Source: Octopus bimaculoides (lineage: Eukaryota). Taken from it: DNA of 64,000 nt. The DNA lies in contig NC_068989.1 in assembly GCF_001194135.2 (NCBI RefSeq), positions 45,537,811 through 45,601,810 on the forward strand, read 5' to 3'. Below, piece after piece: positions 52,366-64,000 of this stretch. The notes beneath the pieces were generated by a model. The model worked only from the letters and a program-made list of their open reading frames with translations, did not search any database and was not told where the DNA came from. How positions within the stretch are numbered: the first letter of the stretch is position 1; every line of letters begins with the position of its first letter. A program made the position numbers and the translations under genes.

Positions 52366-52546
52366 NNNNNNNNNNNNNNNNNNNNNNNNNNNNNNNNNNN
52401 NNNNNNNNNNNNNNNNNNNNNNNNNNNNNNNNNNNNNNNNNNNNNNNNNNNNNNNNNNNNNNNNNNNNNNNNNNNNNNNNNNNNNNNNNNNNNNNNNNNN
52501 NNNNNNNNNNNNNNNNNNNNNNNNNNNNNNNNNNNNNNNNNATATA

Positions 52547-53726
52547 CACAGGGTGTCCCAAAAACTGTATACACACTGTCGATAATTGTAAAATAGGTGT
52601 TTATAAAAGTACTTTTCATTTTCAAAATTTAATAGAATCTACAGACATTATTCTACTGTTTTGTCAATGCCTGTTTTCAAACTGACGTCCGTTCTGGTCC
52701 AGGCACTGCTGACAACGCGAAGCAATGGAATCGCAAACATTACGAAACAATTCGTTTGGTACTTGTGTGCATTCTCGTTCAATGGCTGCTTTCAAATCAT
52801 CCAATGTTGCAGTCTTCATAGCGTAGACTTTGTCTTTTAGGTATCTCCATAAAAAGTCTAGTGGTGTGAGGTCTGGGGAACGCAGAGGGTATTCAACTAA
52901 ACCCCTTTCGTCCAATCCACCTGTTTGAAAAGATCTCATCAAGTAAGGATCTAACATCGCGATGGTAATGTGGGGTGTCCCATCTTGCTGAAAATAAAAC
53001 TTCTCATCTTCAAAGTTTTCTCTAATGCTTGGCAAGACACACTGTTGAAGCAAGTTCAAGTAAACGAGACCAGTCACAGTAGCGTTAAAGTAGAATGGTC
53101 CCATTACCTCTCTTGGTGATAAGCCACACCACACTGTAACTCCTGGTAAATTAACATGATGTTCCACCATAACATGCGGATTCTCAGATCTCCAGTAGGT
53201 GCAATTGTGGTTGTTAATTGAACCATTTACTTTGAATGTCCTTATCACTCCACGCGATCTTTGTTGAAAAGTGTGCATCTTCTACACATCGTGCCAAGTA
53301 CCACTCGCAATATTGAACTCTTCGATCTGGATCATCATCATTAATAGCATGGACTAATCTTGGAACGTAACTTTTCTATTGACAACGCTTCAAAACGTGT
53401 TGGACAGACGATTTTGAAATACCTACCTCACGACTCGTTTGCCGCATAGTTTTTCTTGGAAAATGGTGATACTTTTGCAGCACTTCTTCTTGCTTTGTGG
53501 GAGTTGTCGATGTTCTTGGTCTTCTGGAACGCTTCTCGTGAACATTCTGAACGGTTCCATCGGCTTCAAACTTATCATTAATTCTAGTGATGGTAAGTCG
53601 TTTGGTATATCTGTTTGAAAATCCCCAAACACTGATGAAACTGCACTGACAATATTGCAATGTTGTATCTGCAACAGTGTGCAGTCTCGGCAGTGGAAAC
53701 ACATGTAGATCATAGATCGGAAGAGC
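52547..53726 (-). mobile_element. Tc1/mariner-superfamily transposon of DD41D (rosa/Visitor) type, inactivated; 5' end lost in gap
   Basis: Terminal CAGGGTGTCCCAAAA after TA. HTH region KFEADGTV...RSRRPRTS...SREVGISKSSVQ; catalytic region [18 protein letters not shown]-x-SPDLTPLD with 41 residues between the second and third D. Confidence 0.85.
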
Positions 53727-54730
53727 NNNNNNNNNNNNNNNNNNNNNNNNNNNNNNNNNNNNNNNNNNNNNNNNNNNNNNNNNNNNNNNNNNNNNNNNNN
53801 NNNNNNNNNNNNNNNNNNNNNNNNNNNNNNNNNNNNNNNNNNNNNNNNNNNNNNNNNNNNNNNNNNNNNNNNNNNNNNNNNNNNNNNNNNNNNNNNNNNN
53901 NNNNNNNNNNNNNNNNNNNNNNNNNNNNNNNNNNNNNNNNNNNNNNNNNNNNNNNNNNNNNNNNNNNNNNNNNNNNNNNNNNNNNNNNNNNNNNNNNNNN
54001 NNNNNNNNNNNNNNNNNNNNNNNNNNNNNNNNNNNNNNNNNNNNNNNNNNNNNNNNNNNNNNNNNNNNNNNNNNNNNNNNNNNNNNNNNNNNNNNNNNNN
54101 NNNNNNNNNNNNNNNNNNNNNNNNNNNNNNNNNNNNNNNNNNNNNNNNNNNNNNNNNNNNNNNNNNNNNNNNNNNNNNNNNNNNNNNNNNNNNNNNNNNN
54201 NNNNNNNNNNNNNNNNNNNNNNNNNNNNNNNNNNNNNNNNNNNNNNNNNNNNNNNNNNNNNNNNNNNNNNNNNNNNNNNNNNNNNNNNNNNNNNNNNNNN
54301 NNNNNNNNNNNNNNNNNNNNNNNNNNNNNNNNNNNNNNNNNNNNNNNNNNNNNNNNNNNNNNNNNNNNNNNNNNNNNNNNNNNNNNNNNNNNNNNNNNNN
54401 NNNNNNNNNNNNNNNNNNNNNNNNNNNNNNNNNNNNNNNNNNNNNNNNNNNNNNNNNNNNNNNNNNNNNNNNNNNNNNNNNNNNNNNNNNNNNNNNNNNN
54501 NNNNNNNNNNNNNNNNNNNNNNNNNNNNNNNNNNNNNNNNNNNNNNNNNNNNNNNNNNNNNNNNNNNNNNNNNNNNNNNNTATATACATATGTATATATA
54601 TACATATATATATAGACATACTGAAGATAGAAGGCCACGAATGACTCGTCCTTTCTTTCACTGTCCTAATTGTTGTTTCGACTGTTCGCCTTTATACCGT
54701 ATATCTATCCGAATGTTTTATTGTCCTCTA

Positions 54731-56007
54731 TTGCGTTTTGGGGTCATACCGATTTTTAAAGGAAAGAAAAAGGTCAATAAGTACTTGCCATTACATTTTT
54801 AATCAACCAAATATGAACCATGTGTTGCACAATGCGTCTCCATCTTTCCTTTAACTTGAAAATACCCTCCTCCCATAATTGAGCTGGTTTCATGGCAAAG
54901 AATTCATCAAGGTATCTTTTTAACTCATCCAGAGAATATAAATTTTTACCATTAAGACTATTCTCCAGAGACCTGAATAAGTGGAAATCCGAAGAAGCAA
55001 TATTTGGTGAATATGGAGGGTGGAGTAACACATCCCAGCCTAGCTGCAGAAATTTTTGTCTGGTTCCCAAAGAAACGTGCGGTCTTGCATTATCATGTTG
55101 GAAAACAACACCCTTCCCGTTGGCCAATTCTGGACTTTCTTTTGAATTGCTGCTTTTAACTCGTCCAGTTGTATGCAGTATTTCTCAGAATTAATTGTCT
55201 GGTTACTTGGGTGAAGCTCGTAGTACAGAGTTCCTTTCCAATCCCACCAGACACAAAGCAAGACTTTTTTAGGGGGAAGACCCGCTTTTTAAGTGGCTAA
55301 GGGTGGCTCATGTCGCTTACTCCAGGATCGCTTTCTCTGAACATTTCTGTAGTTAATCCATTTCTCATCACCTGTCACAATTTGCTTTAAAAAAGGTGCG
55401 TTTTCATTCCATTTATAAAGCTAATCACAAATGGAAATACGATCCAAAAGGTTCTCCACACTCAACTCCTGTGATACCCAAACATCGTAGCGATTTGTGT
55501 ACCCAAGCTTTACCAGGTGCTCATGAATGACGGATTTTGATAGGTTGTGGCTTTCTGCCAATTCTCAGGTTGTGTAATGTGGGTTATTCTCAATTAATGA
55601 CTTGATTTGGTCATCGTCTGTAGTGGATGATCTGCCTGATCGCTCTTTACCAATAAGACTACAATCTCCGGTTCGGAACCTTGCGAACCACTTCCGTACA
55701 GTTCTTTCGTATAAAGAAACATCACCGTAAACTGCGTATATTTCTTTGGTTGCTTGTGAGGCATTTTTCCCTTTGCAGAAAAAGAAAAGCATCAAGTGCC
55801 GAAAATGAACTTTCTTATCTTCCATTTTAAAGGGTTACAGAATTAACACAGGTTATAGGAACATAAACCTTCTTCCACGAAAAGATAGCTTAAACTCTGC
55901 TCTAAATGGAAGTGTAGTCAAATCCTATTTTATGGACTCAACCATGTTCTAAAATAAGTCGAAAGTTAAACTGCTATAAATCGGCACGAACTTTCCGGAC
56001 AACCCAA
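54731..56007 (-). mobile_element. Near full-length inactivated mariner (DD34D), TA-flanked
   Basis: ATG 55825 MEDKKVHFRHLML...WFARFRTG...; IVTGDEKW; LCVWWDWKG; FQHDNARPH...HPPYSPNIASSDFHLF. Right TIR ...ggcacgaactttccggacaacccaa-TA; left TIR degenerate (ta-ttgcgtttt...ccgattt). Frameshifts and stops. Confidence 0.9.
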
Positions 56008-56124
56008 TATATATATATATATATATATGTACATAAATTCATACATAAATGCGACCATCATCAATTCATCATCCATCATCCATCATCCATTCATCCATTC
56101 GTCCATACCTGCATTCATGCATAC

Positions 56125-56155
<31 letters not shown>

Positions 56156-56335
56156 CATACATACAAACATACACTCACACCTACATATATATTTTGATGG
56201 TTGTGAAGCTCCCACAACCTAACAACTGATCCTAATAGCATGCATTCGTAATAGACTGTGACAAATAAGTTAAACCCATGGCCTTATACATACATAGCTT
56301 GGACTCTTGTGAAGTCGGAGTTGTTTTTACTTTAA

Positions 56336-56545
56336 GGCGGCGAGCTGGCATAATGATTAACACGCCAGGTGAAATGCTTAGCGGTATTTCGTCAGCCGTG
56401 TTCTGAGTTCAAATTCCGCTTAGGTTGACTTTGCCTTCCATCCTTCGGGGCCGATAAATTACGTACCAGTTGTGTACTGGGGTCGATTTAACCGATTTAC
56501 CCCCTCCCCCAAATTTCAGGTCTTGTGCCTAAGGTACAAAGGAGT
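56336..56545 (+). mobile_element. SINE family A copy
   Basis: aaggcggcgagctggc...gaaatgcttagcggtatttcgtc...gttctgagttcaaattccgc...gactttgccttccatcc. Confidence 0.85.
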
Positions 56546-56819
56546 TGTTTCTACTGAGAGGGAAGAACAGAATGAACAAAGACGAGCGCTGGCATCACAA
56601 AATCCGTGTTTGACATAATCGTAGCACATGACAATTCGAATATATTTCAAAGAGAACTGTTGCACTGTGACTACACCAAACCCATGGAAAGGGATTCAGG
56701 ATTAAACCCGAGGATGAATGAAGAACTCCATTCTCACTGGCATAGCTTTATTGGTACTTACTCACCAAGCAGACATAGAGAGGACAGTCTCTCCACGAGA
56801 ATACAACACGAAAACTAGC

Positions 56820-57995
56820 AATCTAAATTTTTGTCTTTTACTTACTTGTCAGAAGGGTCAGTGTTTCACAGAAATATGTGAGAGAAACTAGGTTCTTATT
56901 GCTAAAGGAATCTGACAACACCAGAAAGCATGACGTCAGCCTTGCCGTGAAGGACTTACTGCTGAAGATAATGAATAAAGTGAGGGAATTGAGGGCGATA
57001 CAGGTTTCATTTCGTGTACATACACCTGAAGGTTCATTCAGCTTTGTTGCAATGATCAAAGTCTGTATTTTACATTCGAAGCAAAAGCTCTCGACAATAA
57101 TAGAGGATATCCAAATTCAAGAAAGTTACTGCCGCTTATGACTTTTTTATCAGAATAGATGCCAACCAGGCCTTCAAGACAAGCTATTTACGGTGGTATT
57201 GGACCGAGATCGTTAATGATAATGGACAGCGACTATTTTGCATTCTCCACTAATTGTGTCTCCAGCATTTACTTCCAGAGCAAAGTTCATCACAATGTGA
57301 TGCACAAACTAGCACGAGATTGATTACAAGACCAGCACTAACTATCTTTAATAATAACAAGACGCCATAATTTGGAATATCTGGTCGTCATTTGATATTT
57401 TCGAAGTACTAACTACAGCACGAAAAGCTGTCTAGTTCACTGCGGCATCAGGTTTCGATTACAGTACACTCACTGCGCTTCAAGAAAGCAGTACAATAAC
57501 GCTAGAAAAGACCAATATCCAAAAAATACCTCCCGTTCATTAAGTCAACGGATAAGCTCTTTGTTGGTTGGTCAACGTACACAACATACCAAAGACCCGG
57601 AGTAAGGAAAGTAGTCCCTGGCTTGTTAGTACAAATCTCACCCAACACTTGTGGGTAACTCTTCAGCTCTCTTATAAGAGAAATATGGAGTTACTGACCA
57701 TGAATTTCAGAAGGTAAGTGACGATTGCAAATGTGCGCTCTTGTTTGAGGTGGTAACAACACAGAAGTGTCAGAACAAAAGGATAAGTTGATGCTTGCTA
57801 CATAAGGGAAAGCGCTATTTGGCAAAAAACGAAAATCATATCTTAGGATGAATGGCCGACAATGACTACATTTGCAGACACTCTTGTAGGGCTCGCCATT
57901 CTCGCGTTCCTCTCAACAGTCTCGGCAGATAGTGCCAATAAGACAAAAGCGACACAATCCAAGTACAGATCCTGGGTAAGGACATCTAGCAGATG
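56820..57995 (+). mobile_element. Decayed RTE-clade LINE: APE endonuclease region joined to the C-terminal Cys/His region
   Basis: RKHDVSLAVKDLLL (EHGVGFAV-like), VNDNGQRL (57212), YFQSKVHHNV, then DYICRHSCRARHSRVPLNS (57864). No RT core is recognisable in between. Confidence 0.6.
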
Positions 57996-58204
57996 CTGCT
58001 TTTACATAAATATATTCATATCTGTATATACATATAAATGAGGATTTACATAGACACATATACATATATATATACATGCATAGACACCCACCCAAACACA
58101 TATACACGCACACACAGACACACACACACACACACACACAAATATATATATATATGTATTTCTATATAAATATATATACATTTATATAAATAAATATATC
58201 TATA

Positions 58205-58242
<38 letters not shown>

Positions 58243-58501
58243 NNNNNNNNNNNNNNNNNNNNNNNNNNNNNNNNNNNNNNNNNNNNNNNNNNNNNNNNNN
58301 NNNNNNNNNNNNNNNNNNNNNNNNNNNNNNNNNNNNNNNNNNNNNNNNNNNNNNCATACAGATTTTTATTTGTGTATATGTATATTATCTACATATGAAT
58401 GCATATAGCATACACATATGTTTATATATGTATTTATACACACTCACTCACACACACACATTTATATATTTACATCTACATATATACTATATATCTATAT
58501 A

Positions 58502-58544
<43 letters not shown>

Positions 58545-60049
58545 ACACCCATATATATGTTGTTAGGTATGTACATATGTATGAATGCATGAGTGTATAT
58601 GCTTTTGTGCGTTCTGCACATCAATCTGTTTAAATAATATAAAGGTGTGTACTTCTAAGGAACTGCGCAGTTTCTGTAAAGATGACGTCAGTGTAATATA
58701 GTTCTGGAGAGACGAGTGTCCCTTTATGTCGATATCACGTGATTGAAACAATAGACCTAAACGATTCTATTGGATCGCAATTGGATCGTTCACACGCACA
58801 CGCGTACATGCACACAAACACGTAGATATATACGCGCAGTCTCATACATTTACACGCACACACATAGAAATACGTATGCACGAATATACCTATAAAAATA
58901 GTGATACGTATATATGTCCCCATTTGTGTGTGTCCGTGTATGTGTGTTTGCAAATAGTTCTATATGTATATGTGTATGTGTGTATGCATGTATATACGCG
59001 GGTGTGTTTGTGTGAGAGTATATGTATTTAGTAATATGTAGTTTGATAGCTAGAGAGAGATACAGAGATACGTTGAATGCATATGTTTTCCACGTAGATG
59101 TAACATTGCGTAGAATGTGTATGTGTATGTTTATGTTCATGTTTGTATGACTAGCTCTTGGTATGTGCTTGTGTATATGCAGGTATATATGCATGTAATA
59201 TGCGAGCATGTTTATAAGTTTGTGTATATACGCGCGAATGCGCATTATATATGCTTTCATTCTTACAAGGACGAACAATAGTGATAGAAAGAGTAAATTA
59301 GAAGTTGTACATGTGTGTGTACGTTTGCTCGCGCGCGTGTGTGTGTGTGTGCGTGTGCATGCGTGTGTGCACCTGTGTGTGTGTATTAATGTGTGTGCGT
59401 GCACAATTGTACATTTGTTTGCATGCTTTGAATGTGTTTATGTGATGAAAATAACTTTATGATTTGGCACCTTGATGCATTTGATATTTTGTTCAGAAAA
59501 GCGATCGCGGACCCCACCCGATTTCGTGGTTTTCAACTGAGGTTTCAGTTTTAGGTACCTTAATTTAATTCCACAGGTGAAAAGGATGCGTTTTCCATGC
59601 TACTGTAATCTTTCTTTCGCTATAAATCCGTGACGTTGATACCTTTATATTAAAAAAAAGAACAAAAACAGTAATATTGATCAGGTGCTATTTTGTGTCT
59701 GTGTGTTCGTGGGAATGTGAGTATAGTTTTTTCATCTGTTCTGTGTATATACGTCGTAGGTTTTTCTGTGCACTTTCTAATCGTTTTAAATAAGAACGAA
59801 ATGTGCCGAACGCATAAAACTTTCAGCGAAACGGTTTCAGTCCCTGATTGAAAAATATTTAAATTTGCTTATGATTTAAGGAAAGATATGAAAAATCTGT
59901 TCATATTATTTGAAAGATACTTTTATTATCACTTACGTTATGCCATAACCGTTGCTGGTTATTTTGTAGTAACTTCTACAATCATCCTAGTGGAAAGGGA
60001 AGAGAGCAAAGTTAGAAGAAATTATTTGATAAAGCACAAAGTCAGTCGT

Positions 60050-60895
60050 CTCTGCATTGGCAAGCGGGAATGCTTGATAGCTGCACAATGCATGAAGGCG
60101 TCTATCAGCGGTTTTCTTGTATAAGTTTATTCGCTTTGTCTGCCGCGCGTGCTTTTCTCTGTAGTCTTAAGCTTTATATTTCTGCTGCCTTAACTGCTAC
60201 AGCGCAAGGTGTGAAGAAGCAGCTTGGAGGACATGGAATACCGAGTTGGGTAGGGGTTAAAGCATATGCAGCCATTATATTTATTTATTTATATTTTTGT
60301 CACATACCTAATGATGCTGATGTTTTAGGTGTGCAGCATATGAGCTACAACTGATAATGAAAAACTTACGCGGATACACTATTCTGTCAGGTGACATGAA
60401 GGGCCATAGTGTCTGGTGGATAGGGAAAGTTATGTAATGTGGTTGAGAATTGCGTAATGACGATCAAGTTATGAATATAAACGAAAATAAATTAAGGAAT
60501 AATAAAGAATCAAAGTGAGGTCGTTTCTTTTGATGGGAAGAGAAGAAAGAATGTATTTTGGGAAGGGGATATGTTATAAGAATTTTGTGTTTGCGAACCC
60601 ATGGAAAACAAACCTCATCCAGCTATTCTGATTATATGTCTGTGCACACGTTTGAATGTGGTGTGTGCCAGAGGGTTTGCAAATCCAATGGGGGTCTTAA
60701 AAGACATGTTAGGATCCACAATGAGCAGAACTTACTTGCAGGTATTGGTAGTGCAAATCAGAGGTGCAATCTGTGTGGGTGTTTTTTCAAAACACTGTCT
60801 GGTTTAAAAAGCCACATCAGACGCCATGAAAGGGCTAAGGTGTAGGTGCAGGAGGTGGTCAAACTCTGTTTAAGGAGTAGACAACCACCATATAT
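60050..60895 (+). mobile_element. Decayed LINE-like 3' portion ending in two C2H2 zinc fingers, a stem-loop UTR and a TA tail
   Basis: CGVCQRVCKSNGGLKRHVRIH (60657-60719) and CNLCGCFFKTLSGLKSHIRRH (60765-60827). Weak RT-like NDAD/ELQLIM remnant near 60300-60370. UTR hairpin ggtggt/accacc (60854-60889). Fingers are certain; LINE origin is inference. Confidence 0.55.
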
Positions 60896-61671
60896 GTATA
60901 NNNNNNNNNNNNNNNNNNNNNNNNNNNNNNNNNNNNNNNNNNNNNNNNNNNNNNNNNNNNNNNNNNNNNNNNNNNNNNNNNNNNNNNNNNNNNNNNNNNN
61001 NNNNNNNNNNNNNNNNNNNNNNNNNNNNNNNNNNNNNNNNNNNNNNNNNNNNNNNNNNNNNNNNNNNNNNNNNNNNNNNNNNNNNNNNNNNNNNNNNNNN
61101 NNNNNNNNNNNNNNNNNNNNNNNNNNNNNNNNNNNNNNNNNNNNNNNNNNNNNNNNNNNNNNNNNNNNNNNNNNNNNNNNNNNNNNNNNNNNNNNNNNNN
61201 NNNNNNNNNNNNNNNNNNNNNNNNNNNNNNNNNNNNNNNNNNNNNNNNNNNNNNNNNNNNNNNNNNNNNNNNNNNNNNNNNNNNNNNNNNNNNNNNNNNN
61301 NNNNNNNNNNNNNNNNNNNNNNNNNNNNNNNNNNNNNNNNNNNNNNNNNNNNNNNNNNNNNNNNNNNNNNNNNNNNNNNNNNNNNNNNNNNNNNNNNNNN
61401 NNNNNNNNNNNNNNNNNNNNNNNNNNNNNNNNNNNNNNNNNNNNNNNNNNNNNNNNNNNNNNNNNNNNNNNNNNNNNNNNNNNNNNNNNNNNNNNNNNNN
61501 NNNNNNNNNNNNNNNNNNNNNNNNNNNNNNNNNNNNNNNNNNNNNNNNNNNNNNNNNNNNNNNNNNNNNNNNNNNNNNNNNNNNNNNNNNNNNNNNNNNN
61601 NNNNNNNNNNNNNNNNNNNNNNNNNNNNNNNNNNNNNNNNNNNNNNNNNNNNNNNNNNNNNNNNNNNNNNN

Positions 61672-61702
<31 letters not shown>

Positions 61703-62139
61703 CATATATATATGTATACACATATATGTATACATGAAATATATACAATATACATGCAATATACATAGCTCACTGTTTCGTTCTGGTGGAAATAAGATTG
61801 GACAACTGCTATGCAGATGACGTATATTGAAGTAGAAACACGCGTTCGCAATTGTTGTGTTACCTTGAACAATCAGAATTTCTTTTATCTAAGTGTCAAG
61901 TCAAGTTTGTTGAATACTTAATCACTGGAATTATCTATCCCACTCAATTGCAGTGTCTCCAAATTGCTAAAATGCAATACTTTTATCTCCTCTGGAAGCT
62001 AGAAGCAGAAATAATTTTAATAAATCAAGAATTTAGCTGATACGCCATTATTCGTCCTTCTTGTTCGGATACACGCTTAGGCCACAATATTTTATTCTTT
62101 GTGCGTTTCGTTTCAATCACATACATGTACGTGTATGTG

Positions 62140-62182
<43 letters not shown>

Positions 62183-62634
62183 GTGTGTACGGGTGTGTAT
62201 GCGTGTGTACTTGTATGACTTATACGCGTGCGTATGTGTAATTGAAAATAATACATGAGCTACGGGAGGTAATTTCAGTTGACCAATGAATGAAGGTACC
62301 AGAATGAGTTTTAAAAACACGAGGATAAGTTGAGGCTTCTGATGTCCTATAAGCCCTCAAATATATTTTGCAATATATGAAGCGGCTATATATTTTTTTT
62401 TTTTTCATTTTCAGCTAAAAGGCTTCATTTCACGAGATATGGAATCAATTTTTCAAAGCAATATGTATATTGTTGACAAACAAAGAGCATGTAACATGTT
62501 TCTCTCCAGATGAGCCTCGTCAGAAAGCTATAGTCCGCTGAAATCTTCATTGGCAAAGTTACAGTAGAATTCAAATATAGCTTTTATTGATAGTTCGCGA
62601 ATACAGCTACCTAGTTATTGCTGTCTCTCGCTCG

Positions 62635-62679
<45 letters not shown>

Positions 62680-62696
62680 CGTGCGTGTATGTGTAT

Positions 62697-62905
62697 AAGG
62701 ACCCGCTTTGGTCATGAATGACCATAGGGTTGCATCAAGAAAGTTAGCCTCCGAGGCACAAGTTCGGGGCGGTTTGGTTATGGACGATCAGCAGTCGGCC
62801 ATGCATATCAGCCTTCCCTCTCCACGCCACCGATGTTATCCCAGCGAAAGGCAAAGGCCGATACAGCTTGGCACGAGTGACAACGCAACTTATTTCTACA
62901 GTTGT
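62697..62905 (-). mobile_element. SINE-like repeat (family E) 3' portion with terminal hairpin
   Basis: tggtca-tgaa-tgacca hairpin at 62709-62724 near the minus-strand 3' end; GC-richer body. Family recalled, single copy here. Confidence 0.5.
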
Positions 62906-63639
62906 ATGTATGGATACAAAACTGAATTCGTCAGCAGATACATTCAGTTGTACTTCAAGAACTCGCGAGAACTCACACAAAATGATACGCTGACACATAT
63001 GCATAATCAATGAATTACAGTAACACACGCAGACATACATATTTAGAAGAAAAAATGAGAAAAGAGAGTGGGGTGTGAGAGAGAGTGAGAAAGAGAGAAA
63101 AAGAGAGAGGAGAACAACAACAGAAAGGCAGGGCTATAAATTTCAAACGGAAACGACGTTATATAGAAACAAACGAGGACTATATAAGTATATATACGTT
63201 GATGTCTTTGCTGAGGATTTGCGAGAGCGAGAAAGAGACAGAGAGAGACAGCACAGTGTAGAGGAGGATAAAAGATAGAAAGAACGAGAAAGAGAGGGAC
63301 TAAAACAGCAGAGAGCTAATACTAATTAGATGACCGAGAAATAGTTGTACGAACAACGCGCATGTGCGCCTAATGCATTCTAGCTGCAGCAGGCTCGGTG
63401 TACTTCTATAAACAAACTGCAGCACGCATACTTAAACGGCATATATGCAGAGCCGCGGCATACATACAAGCAGGAACAAACATACACACACCTGTATGCA
63501 CGTACATGCACATATCTATGCATGCTGTTATACATACATTGGCACGCACATTTAAGATATTAATTTCGGTGTAAATATAGCAGTGCGCGTGCTCACTCAC
63601 ATTACACTAATATGTATATATATATATATATACAGAATA

Positions 63640-63980
63640 TTCTTTTATTCTTTTACTTGTTTCAGGCATTTGACTGCGGCCATGCTGGAGCACCGCTTTT
63701 AGTCGAGCAAATAAACCTCAGGCCTTATTCCTTGTGACCCTAGAACTTATCCCATCGATGTCTTTTGTCGAACCGGTAGTTTACTGAGAGGTAAACACAA
63801 CCGCATCGGTTGTCAAGCGATGTTGGGGGGACAAACACAGACACAGAGACATACACACACACGCACATACACATATATATACACAACGAGCTTCTTTCAG
63901 TTCCTGTCTATCAAATCCACTAACAAGACTGAACCTGGATTTATATGGTTCGGTAGCAAGCGTCCTACCACACAGCGATG
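63640..63980 (-). mobile_element. SINE family B copy with internal deletion
   Basis: ttttacttgtttcaggcatttgactgcggccatgctggagcacc...atcggttgtcaagcgatgttgggggg...cttctttcag...ctaccacacagc. Confidence 0.8.
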
Positions 63981-64000
63981 CTTATATATATATATATATA

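Overview
AT-rich eukaryotic (metazoan) scaffold DNA with about 16 N-gaps, nearly all flanked by microsatellites. The repeat repertoire (tRNA-headed SINEs, RLE/RTE/CR1-type LINEs, Penelope-like elements, Tc1/mariner, dense TA/CA/TATG/AAT tracts) suggests an octopod cephalopod genome; this is inference from recalled repeat families, not a search. I cannot support any intact host protein-coding gene. Most ORF-track entries are microsatellite or N-gap artefacts. Supported content: two microsatellite-associated RLE LINE families (0.2-1.2 kb, 5.8-7.9 kb); two near full-length dead mariners (14.2-15.4 kb, 54.7-56.0 kb); a DD41D-type element (52.5-53.7 kb); a mariner-derived MITE (18.8 kb); CR1- and RTE-type LINE relics; more than 25 SINE copies; and an unidentified decayed multi-exon gene candidate (16.1-18.4 kb). 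The most interesting object is a Penelope-like element at 45.3-47.0 kb. Its 3' region is a tRNA-like Pol III head, an (AAT)n spacer and a minimal hammerhead-ribozyme-like fold, and the hammerhead module is repeated in inverted orientation at the 5' end. A second, different hammerhead-like motif lies at 26.25 kb. Also notable are a 273-bp-arm foldback (51.7-52.3 kb), a 95-bp direct repeat bracketing a LINE ORF fragment, and a LINE-like 3' end with two intact C2H2 fingers.
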